Assembly: GCA_973895155.1 (NCBI GenBank)
Contig: OZ316896.1
Span: 21,457,643-21,521,642, forward strand
Source of the DNA: Marsupella aquatica
Lineage: Eukaryota; Plantae; Marchantiophyta
Direction of reading: 5' to 3'
Length of the DNA stretch: 64,000 bases
A program made the position numbers and the translations under genes. The notes under the pieces were generated by a model. The model saw nothing but the letters and a program-made list of their open reading frames with translations, did not search any database and was not told where the DNA came from. Below, piece after piece: positions 12,440-23,340 of the stretch; the stretch's first letter is position 1; every line of letters starts with the position of its first letter.

Positions 12440-12850
12440 TCTAGAGGCAAGGAGGCAAGGGACACGAGGAGGTGAAGAGGCGAGGAGGCAAATGTGAAAA
12501 TGGGGACTTCAAAACCCCTGAAGCCACTATAAGCCCCTCGGGGGTCGGCCTTGGCCGTGCCAAGCGTGCTAGGGCTCGTGCAGGCTCAGGCAGGCTGCCA
12601 CGCAACCTGCTGGGTGCGTATAGTCATTATTATGGTCACACGTGTTGTCATTATTGTTATCCGTACTTCAACCCTGCCGTGAGTTTAGCCGTGACACAAG
12701 TTCAACGAAGCCGTCTTATTGGCCTTTTTGTCTGTCAGGGTTTTATATATTGCTTCTCATTTCGTTTCATTGCTCGCTCGTTTCTCCCTCTGCCTCTCTC
12801 TCCCTCTCCCTCTCCCTCTCTTTGGCTCTAGATTTTTGCTCTGATCTCTT
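12440..12850. promoter_or_regulatory. Divergent promoter region of the transposon
   Basis: Lies between divergent genes; GA-rich tract 12440-12490 (CT-rich on minus), GC-rich core, TATA-like TTTTATATA at ~12741, CT-rich tract 12780-12830. Confidence 0.45.
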
Positions 12851-13581
12851 TCTGTTGTTCTTTTCAAGGGTTGTGGACTCTACGTTTGTGTTTAGGATAT
12901 TTCGAGAAATTCTCATTGTAAGCCCTGAAGGAGGTCTAAAATAATTGAGCTCCTATCTTTTAGAAAACCAAACCTTTTCAGCTATACTATTGTTGGTCAA
13001 AATCCATTTGGAAGCATTTTCCCTCTATTTGATGGCCTTTTAGAAGCTATTTCTTAGTGTCTGGAAGTAAACTGGGAGCCTACTTTCTTAATTGCACCAA
13101 ATCATTCCTCTAGATCATCTAGAGCCATTATATGCTCTTATTTTGGGTGGCTTATTATTCATAATAGTTTCTTTGTCAAATACAATGTCCTTTTTGGCTT
13201 GAGATCATCTCGAGTCATAAGTTTGATCCTCAAACTTATTCACTTTTGCCTTCTTTCTAATGGTGCATTCGGTTTTCCTTCTTATAATTGAGTTTGTAGA
13301 GAGTCGGAGGTATAGAATCTGAATTCACTATTCAGTGAGATGTCATATTTTACCTCGAGATCGTCTCGAGCTAAATACTTCTGAATTTTTACATATTGGA
13401 GTTTTTTGTCCCTCTTCTACCTCGAGATCATCTCGAGGTAGAAGAGTTTCTTATTTTCTCTATCACACAATTTTGTGGGATAAACTTCTACACTTGGGTT
13501 TTTTGGTTTGTTTTTGTAGTCACTTTACCTCGAGATCATCTCGAGGTAACTACATCCAACAGTTTGGACCACGTTTTCAAA

Positions 13582-16500
13582 ATGGGTTTTCTTTCGAGGG
13601 GACAAGGTTTGCCTCGTAATCGACGGAGTGGAAGTTGCTTGCGGGACCGTCCTCAAGGTTGACCCGGGTGACTCAGTGCGTAATGTTGATTTGGGAAGTA
13701 ATCGTATAGGAGTTCTCATTGAGAAGTGCTATGAGGGATCACGGGAAATTCCTTACCCTTTGCCGCCGGTCAGGACCCTCTTTGATGCTGTTGACTCTTG
13801 CATTATTTGGGATGCCTGTTTTGCATATTTGAAGTCACAGTCAACTCCAGCGACAACACAAATGGATGCCTCTTGTTCTACAAAGGATACGGTTCCCGGT
13901 TTTGTACCAGACAAATCTTCGATGGGAAGTTTTGGAGACTCGATTATATCTGGCGATGAAGTTGAGCTCTGGATTGGCAATCAGATTGTGGCTCGTGGAT
14001 TTGTGTTCAAGACGAATCCCGATGAGACCTCACAATGAAAGACTTGGCACTTCTAGGATTAGTGTGAAAATATGTGAAGTTTTTCAAGGAAGGGAGAGGT
14101 TACCCTTTCCTCACAATGGAGCCGATACCGTTCAGGAAGCATTGGACACTTTTGTATTCTGGAATTTAAAGGATATTACTCGGAGGAGTTCTTCCCAGGA
14201 TATGCTAAACGACCTGTCCACACGGGATGTTTTTTCAAATTATAATTTCAAGGATTATAGTTTGCGTTCTAATTGGATGACCGAGGAGGTGGAATTGTAT
14301 GCTGAGGATAATCGGACCAAAGTGGGGGTTGGCATCATCACAGTTCCTTTCGAGTCAGGTGCAATTGATGATGATGTTCTTGGACCAGATCACGTTGGGG
14401 TTGCTGTCACACGCGTGATTGACCCTCTATTTTTCCCAAATATCTCCCCAGGAGTGCCTGGTCTTGTTAGGTGGGCTGTCCGTTCACTTCTGCTGATATC
14501 AAGGGGTATTTTTCTTCTGGATCTCATTGAAGAGGTTTCTCCAAAACCAATTATTGATGGTCGAGATCATCTAAAGGTAGATATGAAAGGTGATACTGAG
14601 TTTTCGAAGCACCCATATAATTTCATCAAGAGAACGAAGGTCAACCCAGATGAAAAAAGGAAGAAGCACTTGGAGTCTCGGGCGATACTGAAAATCACAG
14701 AGAAGGAAATCGACTCCATCCAAAGAGAAGGTTGTTGTAAGTTGAAGTGTTGCCTCAGCATGCCGAGAGAAGACCTACAGGCGATAAGGAGGGAATACCA
14801 TGGGATGTCAAGCGACAACAAAACCAGTCACATTCTCACTCTTTTTGGCTGTAGGGAGAAGGAAGTGGAGACAAAAGGATATTTTGTTGTAAGAAGTAGA
14901 CTTGTTTGCAAGGGTGCATTTATTAAAATGCATGGATTCAGCACTGCCAAGTATTATGATTACAAAAATCAATATGAAGCAGGTTGCACTGTTGGATTCC
15001 ACGGAAACAAGGGTTCACACAAGACACGGGGAAGCACCTTGCATGCTCGTGCTTTGTTGGAGTCCATTCTAACCCAAAACGGAGAACCCATGCCGCATCT
15101 TCCCTATGGAGGGTCTCACGGGACTGACACGGTTGAGTACAGACTTCCATCTTGTTTCATGAAGAAAGAGATTTTTGAGTAGGTATACTCAAAAATGGAA
15201 TTAGATGGCTACGTGAAGGTGAGTGAAAACACTATGTATAAACTCTGGAGTGAGTCCTTCATGAATTTTGACTTTCACAAGGGAAGTGCATTTGCAAAGT
15301 GTACACTTTGCACTGAGTTCAAAGATCAGTTGATGCGGGAGAAGAGAAAGAAAGAGCGTTTGGAGATTGAGGAAAGAAGAGCTCGCCATCTTCGTGAGCA
15401 AATATCTAGGAGATATGTTTACTATGCTCATAGGGTTCTTGCGAAGAAGGATCCTGAGAACTATCTTTGCATTATACATGACAAGATGGACCAGGCCAAG
15501 ACATGGATCCCTAGGTTGGTCCCCACTCCTAAATCATTGTCTGGTAGTGGTCAACCGCTCCCCATTGCGCTCACTAGGATGTTGACCCATGGAAGGGATC
15601 CCGGAGTGTATGCTCACTTCAGTTTCACTGTGCTTTGGCCGGGAGATGCAGACTTCACAGTGACATCATTGGCCAAGTGCCTTAGAGATCTGGAGGATTA
15701 CAAGGGGGACAAATCTGGAGACCTCCTTGAAGGATTATATTGGGCTGCAACGAGGCCAATTTTTCAATCTCTTTTGGACTTTGAAGCATTTCTCGCAGGT
15801 TACTTAGAACCCAAAAAAGTCTCAATTGCTAGATTTCAAGGAGCTGAAGATGACCAAGACTACTTTGGTGTTGATCCCAAGGCTACATCTACCTCTTTCA
15901 AACCATTGCCAAGGCACCTGACCTTGCAAATGGATAATTCAGGGAAAGATAACAAAAACCAGTACGTGATGGCATTTTGCAGTAAGCTTGTTAGTAGAGG
16001 GGTTTTTGAAACAGTGCAGATGTCGTTTCTCATGGTTGGTCACACCCATGAGGATGTTGATGCATTGTTTTCAAAAGTATCCAACCAAGTGAAGTACAAG
16101 GAGGTTTCTACCCTCTTGGGGTTGATGACTGAGGTTTGGGAGTGTGAAAGCATTCATCCTGTCCCACGGTTGATCCAAGAGGTTGCAGCTTACAAAGAGT
16201 TTTTGAAAACTTTCAAGGTAAAAGACATAGAGGGTCACTCAAAACCAGTGGCATTTCTTTTCTCTATGAGAGATAATGTTCCAATATATCAATACAAAGC
16301 ACATGTGAAACAACCTTGGTACCCTCCAACCAGAAGGTCCATTTGGAGAACTGATTCCAGCACCAATGCTCTCATTTTACCAGAAGGTCAACCATTTGCA
16401 AAACCCATCTCTGGGGATGTACGAGGCAAGGTTGAAGAAATCATCCCATTCCATAATCGTTACATTGAATTTTTGAAGAAGAGTTATAAGGATGAGACCT

Positions 16501-17270
16501 CTACAGCATATCGTGAGCAGTTTCCTTTGGTGAAATATTGGGAGATGGTGGTGCAAGTATTATCTGGGGAGCTTACAATTGAAGGGGAGGCAGAAATACA
16601 GTTAGCATTGACATATGAACTCTGGCCAAAAACCAACCACAGAACTGGTTACAAGGTTAGTAGTACAGGAACCTCTGAACCATTGGGGGAGCCAAGTAGT
16701 AGTACACAGAATCCACAAATGGTGGAGCTTCAGAATGAGTACCTGGAAGAGATGGAGGATCAAGCTGCAACATTTGTTGGCGCTCGACACGAGCGAGAAC
16801 TTGCACGTTGGATTCCTCTGCAGGACATTCAAGAGGGTCACTTTGTATTTCTCCGTCCAGAGGATGAATGGGAAAAGAAGAATGGGAAATAACGTTTCTG
16901 GTTGGTGAGAGCTTTGGGTGTTGTGGACCCAAACCATGTTCAAGTTCCTTCAGGAGACTTGCAATGCAATGAGAATTCTCCTACTAGTACACGGTATGCT
17001 CCTATGTTCCAAGTGCAATGGTGGAGGCCTAAACATGGTAAGCATGATGCACCGGATCATGTGCGATATTCACGTTGCTTTCAGACCACTAAGACTTGGG
17101 AGGTGGATCCTAGGTTTGACAGTGCCACTGAATGTTGGCAATTTGCTAATTCTGCTATGTATGGATTCAAATCACGCTCTAGAGAAGAAAATATAATTGA
17201 TAGAGGTTTGACCATTCCCAAGAATGTTTTGAAAACACTCAAAACCTACATGGAAGGGATTGTTGAGTAA
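13582..17270 (+). pseudogene. Sola1-like DDE transposase with three Tnp1/En/Spm-like N-terminal repeats
   Basis: CCKLKC, VCKGAFIKMHG, FAKCTLC, IIHDKMDQAKT, LQMDNSGKDNKN, FLMVGHTHEDVDALFS; ORFs 13628-14038, 13866-15182, 15195-16892, 16902-17270 joined by a frameshift (~14030) and in-frame stops TAG 15180-15182 and TAA 16890-16892. Confidence 0.8.
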
Positions 17271-17295
17271 GTCAAATATTTTTTAGTAGTCACTC

Positions 17296-18090
17296 TGTCA
17301 AAGTGAGGGAGTCTATGTCATTTAGTTTGGAATTAGACATGTCAGAGTGAGGGAGTCTATGTCAATTAGTTTGGAATCAGACATGTCTTTAGTACTTACT
17401 GTTGGTTAGTACTAAGTAGTATATATATCTATTTAAGTAACTAATTATTATAATATTTTGGGATACTAGTTTGATTAGGTGGAGGTAATTGGACTTGGAT
17501 ACCTTTATAATTGCTTTAATTAATTATTATATCAATACAGACTATATATTACATGAAGTCTTAATATCCATGATAGGATGTGAGTGCCTCTTAGTACTGT
17601 CTACTAGTAAACCTTAGTTTCAACTTGAGTTGCTTAGAATGTAACAAATTACTTGTCTGAATGGATAGTAAGCCAGGTATCATTCAAATTTAATATATTA
17701 AATGCTCTCAATTAGTAACTAAGTAGAAGGTTAATTTAGTTAGCTAAGGGTAGAGATCATATTGAAACTTTACTAGTTATATGGGTAGAGATCATATTAT
17801 TTGAAGCTTTACTAGTTATATGGGTAGAGATCATATTGAAGCTTTACTAGACACTTATATTCTATTAGTCAAATTGAATCAATGTAAGTAAGTTCTACTT
17901 CTTATCCAACATATTTTACATTATTATCACCCAAATGCTTTTCTTTAGAATCCAAATTAATATTTCATTTTCTCCTATGTACAATCTTGATCCCCCAAAT
18001 GTACAACATCTGGTGCCCAAATGTACAACTCCCACTGCCCAAATGTACAATTCTTGTACCCAAATATATATTTTTTGGTGCCTAAATGTC
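17296..18090. repeat. Subterminal repeats of the transposon
   Basis: 43-bp duplication at 17296-17388, ~37-bp GGGTAGAGATCATATT unit x3 at 17748-17850, CCAAATGTACAA-like unit x5 at 17975-18090. Confidence 0.8.
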
Positions 18091-18381
18091 CAAAGATCAA
18101 AGAATTTTCCAGTTTTAATGAATAGACTGATATATCAGGAACACAAAGTGTAGCATTGAGTAATATGCATCACATTGGTGGTGGTATTGATTTCGTTGGC
18201 CCTGAAAAGGTAAAGGACTCAAGCACTACCCTCAACAATAGTGCTTTAATAAAGATGAAGGTCGTGACAAGGGGCAAAGCTAGATTAAAATTTCAATTCA
18301 TAAAGGTTAATATGCACTTCCGCAGAAAAAAATTTGAGAAAAGCATATATGGGCTGATCGATTGAGTCCAACTTGTCCTTG

Positions 18382-18542
18382 TCCTTCACTGTCCTGGCAC
18401 ATTGACCTTCAGTCCACCTGGGTTGGCGGTCCCGGCACATGGACCTGCGGTCCACCTGGGTTGGCGTTCCTTTCTGTGACTCCCCTTTTCTGTATGCTAA
18501 CTAAATGAATGAAATTCTTTTGATTTTTTAGAGGCAAAAATA
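18382..18542 (+). mobile_element. 161-bp insertion with 12-bp direct repeats (possible truncated non-LTR retroposon or local duplication)
   Basis: AACTTGTCCTTG at 18370-18381 and 18543-18554; single copy in paralogous site ~38782; internal ~36-bp tandem repeat and A-rich 3' end. Confidence 0.6.
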
Positions 18543-21421
18543 AACTTGTCCTTGCCCTTCAAGTGAAGCTGGATTCGAAGTGACTTGAAATCACGCTCTG
18601 GTGATAAGATCTATACAAGGCTCAGTTGTGAAAATGTGCAATCATGGACGGGGTTGGATGTAACTTAGACCTTTGAATCAGGCATTTTGGGCAAACATGC
18701 CTTCACAAGAAAGCAGCAGCGCATAATGCTTCAATTGAGAATGACGGTCCTAGTTTGCTTTCAGTGGGCCCCTGCCTTTGTTCTCACATTATACTGATGT
18801 GTTTTGACTGTAGGGTTGATCTTCAATCTTCTCACACACTCTCACTCAGATAGTTTTAGCCCTTCTTGATTAATTTTAGACAAGTTTCTATACGGACCAC
18901 CCCTATTGAGAGGCCATCCGTCCATTTCGGTGACACTCTTTAAGGCTCCTGGTACTCGTGATCGATCCTCACTCTTTTGACCCCCTTACTCTCATATTTA
19001 TTGAGCCCTTCATTCATTTTTTCCAAGTGTTTGGCTGCTTCATAGCTTGGTAAAAAACAGTGGCATGCCTCTCGTATCGGCACCCTTCCAATTAAGCCAA
19101 GGATTGACAGTTGATAAAGTCCAGAAACTGGTTGGGACTCGGGACCCAGCTGCGGGGGAGAGTTGGTGGGTATATGAGGTGGGCCAAGTAGTAGTTAAAT
19201 TCAGTGCCATAAAGAAGGGAAAAGAAAGGGGTCCTAGAAATAGCTATGAAGACCCCCAGAACGGGACTTTTTGTTGACAGACTTGGACGATTTTAGATTC
19301 ATTCCTGATATCTCAAGAATCTGGTAGCAATATTTGTGAGATCCCATCACTTGGTTGTAATCCATCGTGCTGAGGTAGCATTGAAGCAATATTGGAATCT
19401 TTGACTAGACTTTGCTATGGGTTGCATCTTATTATAGAAGCGTAAATTAAAGAAGTCTACTTTTAAGGTGCTAGGGTCTAGAGTGAGACTCTACCATAAC
19501 CATTAATAGAGAAAAAAATGATCATAAGTGTCAATAAAAAAACTTTAAATAAAGATGGACAAAAATATATTGATTATCAATTTTTTTTAAATGAAGGTGG
19601 ACTCAAAACAAGGATGAGGCAAAGATTAACTAAAATAACATAGAAATGTTATTATTTAATTTAACTTTTTTCATATCTTCAAGGAACAGGTAATCAGGTA
19701 ATACGTCATAATAGTGATGGTTGAAATGTCACACGGGTATTTTGCAGCTGACAAAAAAGGAGGACTGGAGTTTCTGCACGTTTTTACCGGGCACTCCATA
19801 CATAGACACGTACTCCACTCACCTCTAGTTTCCTCCTTCCTTATTTAAGGATTTGCCCACCTGTTTCCATTTCACAGACTGATTTTGGAATTACTCCATT
19901 TAGTATAACTGTGTGATTGCACAGGTCTGTAATGTAATTACCACAGTTACATTTTACTTTTTAATTTGTCCCTTTGAGAGGTTCCTGGAGCTTAAATAAA
20001 TGTCAAATTGTTTTTAACCCTCCATGCCACTGCCCTAAGGTAAGAAGGTAGTGGGATTTTATGCATCTACAAGCCCCATGCCTGTGCGCTGCACAATTGG
20101 GTGAGTGAAAAAGTGAGGGCCGGCACTGGTCAGGTCTTCCTAAGTCAATTATGAGGGAGGCAGTCGTGCGTACGCCTGCCTCAGGCCTGACATCAGGACG
20201 AGTACCCCTGCCTTGTCCCTTTTGTATTCAAGGGTTCCCTTTTTGGATTAAAGTTAGGGAAAAAGTGCAAAATAATCCAGCGACTGCTGATCATTCTGCC
20301 CACAACTGTTCATTCCGACCCAGAATTGTTGTTGTAAGCAGACCAAGGACTAAATTTGGCAGAGTTGGATATTATAGTTGTAGAGATGAGAATGAACCTA
20401 TTTTAACAAAGGAAAAATGTGAGATGATGATGCTAGTACGAGGGTTGTATCAATTAGCTAGGGCTTTTGCATCCCTCGAGTCAAATTAAGTGAGCAATTG
20501 TCATTGGCGCACCAAGAATCTCTGGCAATGCAGCATGGAGATGAGGATTTCAGCTATTTCAGCGAGCTTGAGCAGTGAAGATATTGCCAGAACCCTTTTC
20601 GGGATCTAAAGGGAACCGTTTTGGTATATCGAGTACCAAAATTCTTCCTCGTGTCATTCCAGGATTAATGTTACCTACAGTAGCCATACCCCACCCTGTT
20701 CTCTAAGAAGTGCTGAGAATATGTGACTAGCTCTGGAGTATATGTATGTCTAGTCACATGGTGTTTGGTGTGTCTTAAACCATAGACTTGAAGGTTGTCA
20801 CGACGTGAATCCGACACAGTCACCAAGAATAAGCAACTGTTGATTATTGAATTCGGCTTCTAGCAAATAAGTGGCTCAGTATGTACACAAAAAGAATGAG
20901 CTGGTCACGCAACATTATATAAGTAGTCTCCATGACTAGCCGGAATTGGGAAGTGCTTAATACATGAGCATTTCAGCATCCTGCCATGAGCATGCCATAT
21001 GCGACATTCCTGCGGGTATCACGGGACGTATTTGTACGTCGCTGAAGATCTGGGAACCCTTCATTCGAACGTCAATTCGCTCCTTGGCATTCTAACCATT
21101 CTAACCAACAGAATCAGATCTAACCTGAACCGATCTCAGTACGTTTCTCTTTCAAGTTAACTTACAACAGACTTCTCCTTGCCGTTCAAGCAATTGGAGC
21201 AAACGTTCGAGCATAGGGGCATGAATATAAATGCCTTGAGGACAACTTTGTTCTATAGCTGTGGCATGAAATGTGCATAGGTGCAGGGAAATTTGAGCTT
21301 GCTTTCCAGCTCCAATCGTTTGCAATGGTGTAATATTTGCATTGTTGTAAATTCGTAAAAAACCTCGCTTTGGGAATCGATTAATATATAGACCTATATA
21401 GTTAAATCTTCATAGATCTTA

Positions 21422-21809
21422 ATGGCTGCTGCTGCTGCTACCGTTTCATCAATGGCACTTGGGGTGGCGCTGATGCTGATATTCAGCAGCTACTACATGG
21501 CGAGAGCTTCAAGTGTTGCGAGGTCAGAAGAGAATGCCCAGTTGCGATCGTTATTGATGTCAACGATGGACTCGGGGTGCGACAGGGACGACACGGCCGT
21601 GCGGCTGATACCGTGTCTGCCTGCAAGCAGGAAGAACCCGGCGCGTCCCAGTCGTGAGTGTTGTGATCTCATCCACATTCTCTCATCTGATTGCCTCTGT
21701 TCTTGCGTACAGTCGTCTCTGGCCAAATTGGAGGGCGTGGACTTCATAACCGCCCTGCAGCTCCCACGCAAGTGCAAGCGCTTCGTCCCTCCTGGCACCA
21801 AGTGCGCAG
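21422..21809 (+). CDS. Non-specific lipid transfer protein (type D-like), exon 1; exon 2 not confidently located
   Basis: Signal peptide, 8-Cys motif C-C-CC-CLC-C-C, GT donor 4 nt after the last Cys codon (TGC GCA G|GTAC). Confidence 0.85.
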
Positions 21810-23340
21810 GTACGGACCACTGACTCTAGCTAGGCTGTCCTCCGAACCTGCTCGCTCTTCAGGTACTCGTAGATCGGTATTCCTCATACATGATTGAACT
21901 GACCCTCTCTACAACTACCTCGTGCCAACATATTTCTATGATTGCAAAATTTTGAAAGGTCGTACTTGCAACTGTGCAACTCCATAGACAAAAGCAGACC
22001 AACCACACTCGTAGTATCCGATACGTACAAGATGAAAAGGCTATATACTCAGATATGCATCCACAGATATGCAGGGCACCGGGTCACCGTGTTGTATCTG
22101 AGGGATCGGAATTCAATTATTTTGTCACAGTTTGACACGCTAATCATTATCAAATATCTGGCTTGATCACTTTATGAAAACTATCGTCGTATGTATATAT
22201 ACCAGTTTCTCGTTATCCCCTTCTCGAAGACCAGCAAGCTCCTTTCTTTAATTATCAATCACTCAGATTCGGTTATAGAGATCCACAGAGCTAAATGAGG
22301 TCTCGTTCCTTCAACTGCAAAACTAGGGGAAAAAATAGCTTCTTACGCACTACTATATACGTGGATGCAACTTTTCTGTTCATCGCATGCTAGATTCTAT
22401 TTTATCCGAGGTTTACTCTTGGCCATGAAAATGAAGACGAACCCACTTCGTTCGGAATCTTGACTAGGTTGTAGTGTCACTAACCGTTCCATAATTGCAC
22501 GTCGAGTCGAATTGCAGGAGTAACCGTGCCCGGGTTGGCACCATGAGCTGATAAGCAAGACCGTCCGGCGTACCGCTAGCTGCTGTTGAACTTTCAATCC
22601 GGATGTCAATGACGACGAGTTTTGATCTAGCTACAGTAGTGGATCGATGGCATGGGGAAGTAAAGCTAGAGGATGCTATGATTGTGGTTCTTTATCGTTA
22701 GACATCACGAACTGATAGATTAATAAATTGAGCATGCAACTGTCAGCCAGCGGAGGCTTTTCATATGTGGGCAAGCTTTTCCACGCGCTTGCCTGAGCTA
22801 TTGGATGGCATAAGTAAGTAGTACGCTGCGGGAACCAATGCGTATAATAAACGTGACAATAACAAGACCTAGTATTGAACGGCAGTATAACTCAATGCAA
22901 CGTAGATTTAACTGAGAGGTCCAACTATTCAAACATATGTACTGAAATACCATGGAGCAATTAAAGTTGGTGTATACCATGTTGATTTTACCGGTTTGGA
23001 AGCATTTACGCACCATACTGTAAAATTTTGGCACTCGAAATCGACTTACGACGAGACATGGATATTCGGCGATCATTGAGCACCTCACGGTTCTGAGCTG
23101 GAAACTCTGCTCAGAAACGACGCCTGATCCATGCTCGATCCTGTCTCAATTTCAGATCGTTCTAAATCTCAAGTTAATTCCAGCTAGTCGAATGCCTTTC
23201 AAAACAGTCTCCATTTTTCGTCGTAAATGTGCTCAGTGGTGCGTTCATCATGGCGCTAGAATCAGTTTTCTAATTCAGCTGAAGCGTAGACCATGTTCAA
23301 AGGTCTCTAGGTGCCTTGAAAACCCAAAGCACCATCCAAC

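Larger units (their letters stand above)
4961..14576. repeat. Dispersed 17-bp palindrome family CTCGAGAT(C/G)ATCTCGAG
   Basis: Copies at 4961, 5201, 6323, 7792, 9502, 9596, 11179, 11316, 11657, 11937, 12073, 13108, 13198, 13354, 13421, 13529 and degenerate 14560; ATCTCGA half-sites at 12288-12420. Confidence 0.92.
4512..18132. mobile_element. ~13.6-kb TIR DNA transposon, Sola1-like, carrying a large cargo gene
   Basis: TIRs TATCACCCTATTCATTAAAACTGGAA (4512-4537) and TTCCAGTTTTAATGAATAGACTGATA (18107-18132); flanks join to recreate the empty site at ~38545-38570; DDE transposase inside; TSD ambiguous (TAT or ATAT-like) in AT-rich context. Confidence 0.85.
1375..19137 (+). repeat. Segmental duplication copy A (MFS gene plus flanks; interrupted by the 13.6-kb transposon)
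   Basis: ~1375-4511 aligns by eye with ~34790-38558 and 18133-19137 with ~38556-39370 (e.g. CACATTGGTGGTGGT, GTCCAACTTGTCCTTG, CCTAGTTTGCTTTCAGTGGGCCC, AGAAACTGGTTGGG shared). Confidence 0.85.

Noticed and set aside
9502-13545. CRISPR-like interpretation of the palindromes
   Set aside because: Irregular spacing (tens to thousands of bp), 17-bp unit, eukaryotic context, no cas genes
20117-20128. GGGCCGGCACTG hAT-like terminus
   Set aside because: No matching partner TIR or TSD found
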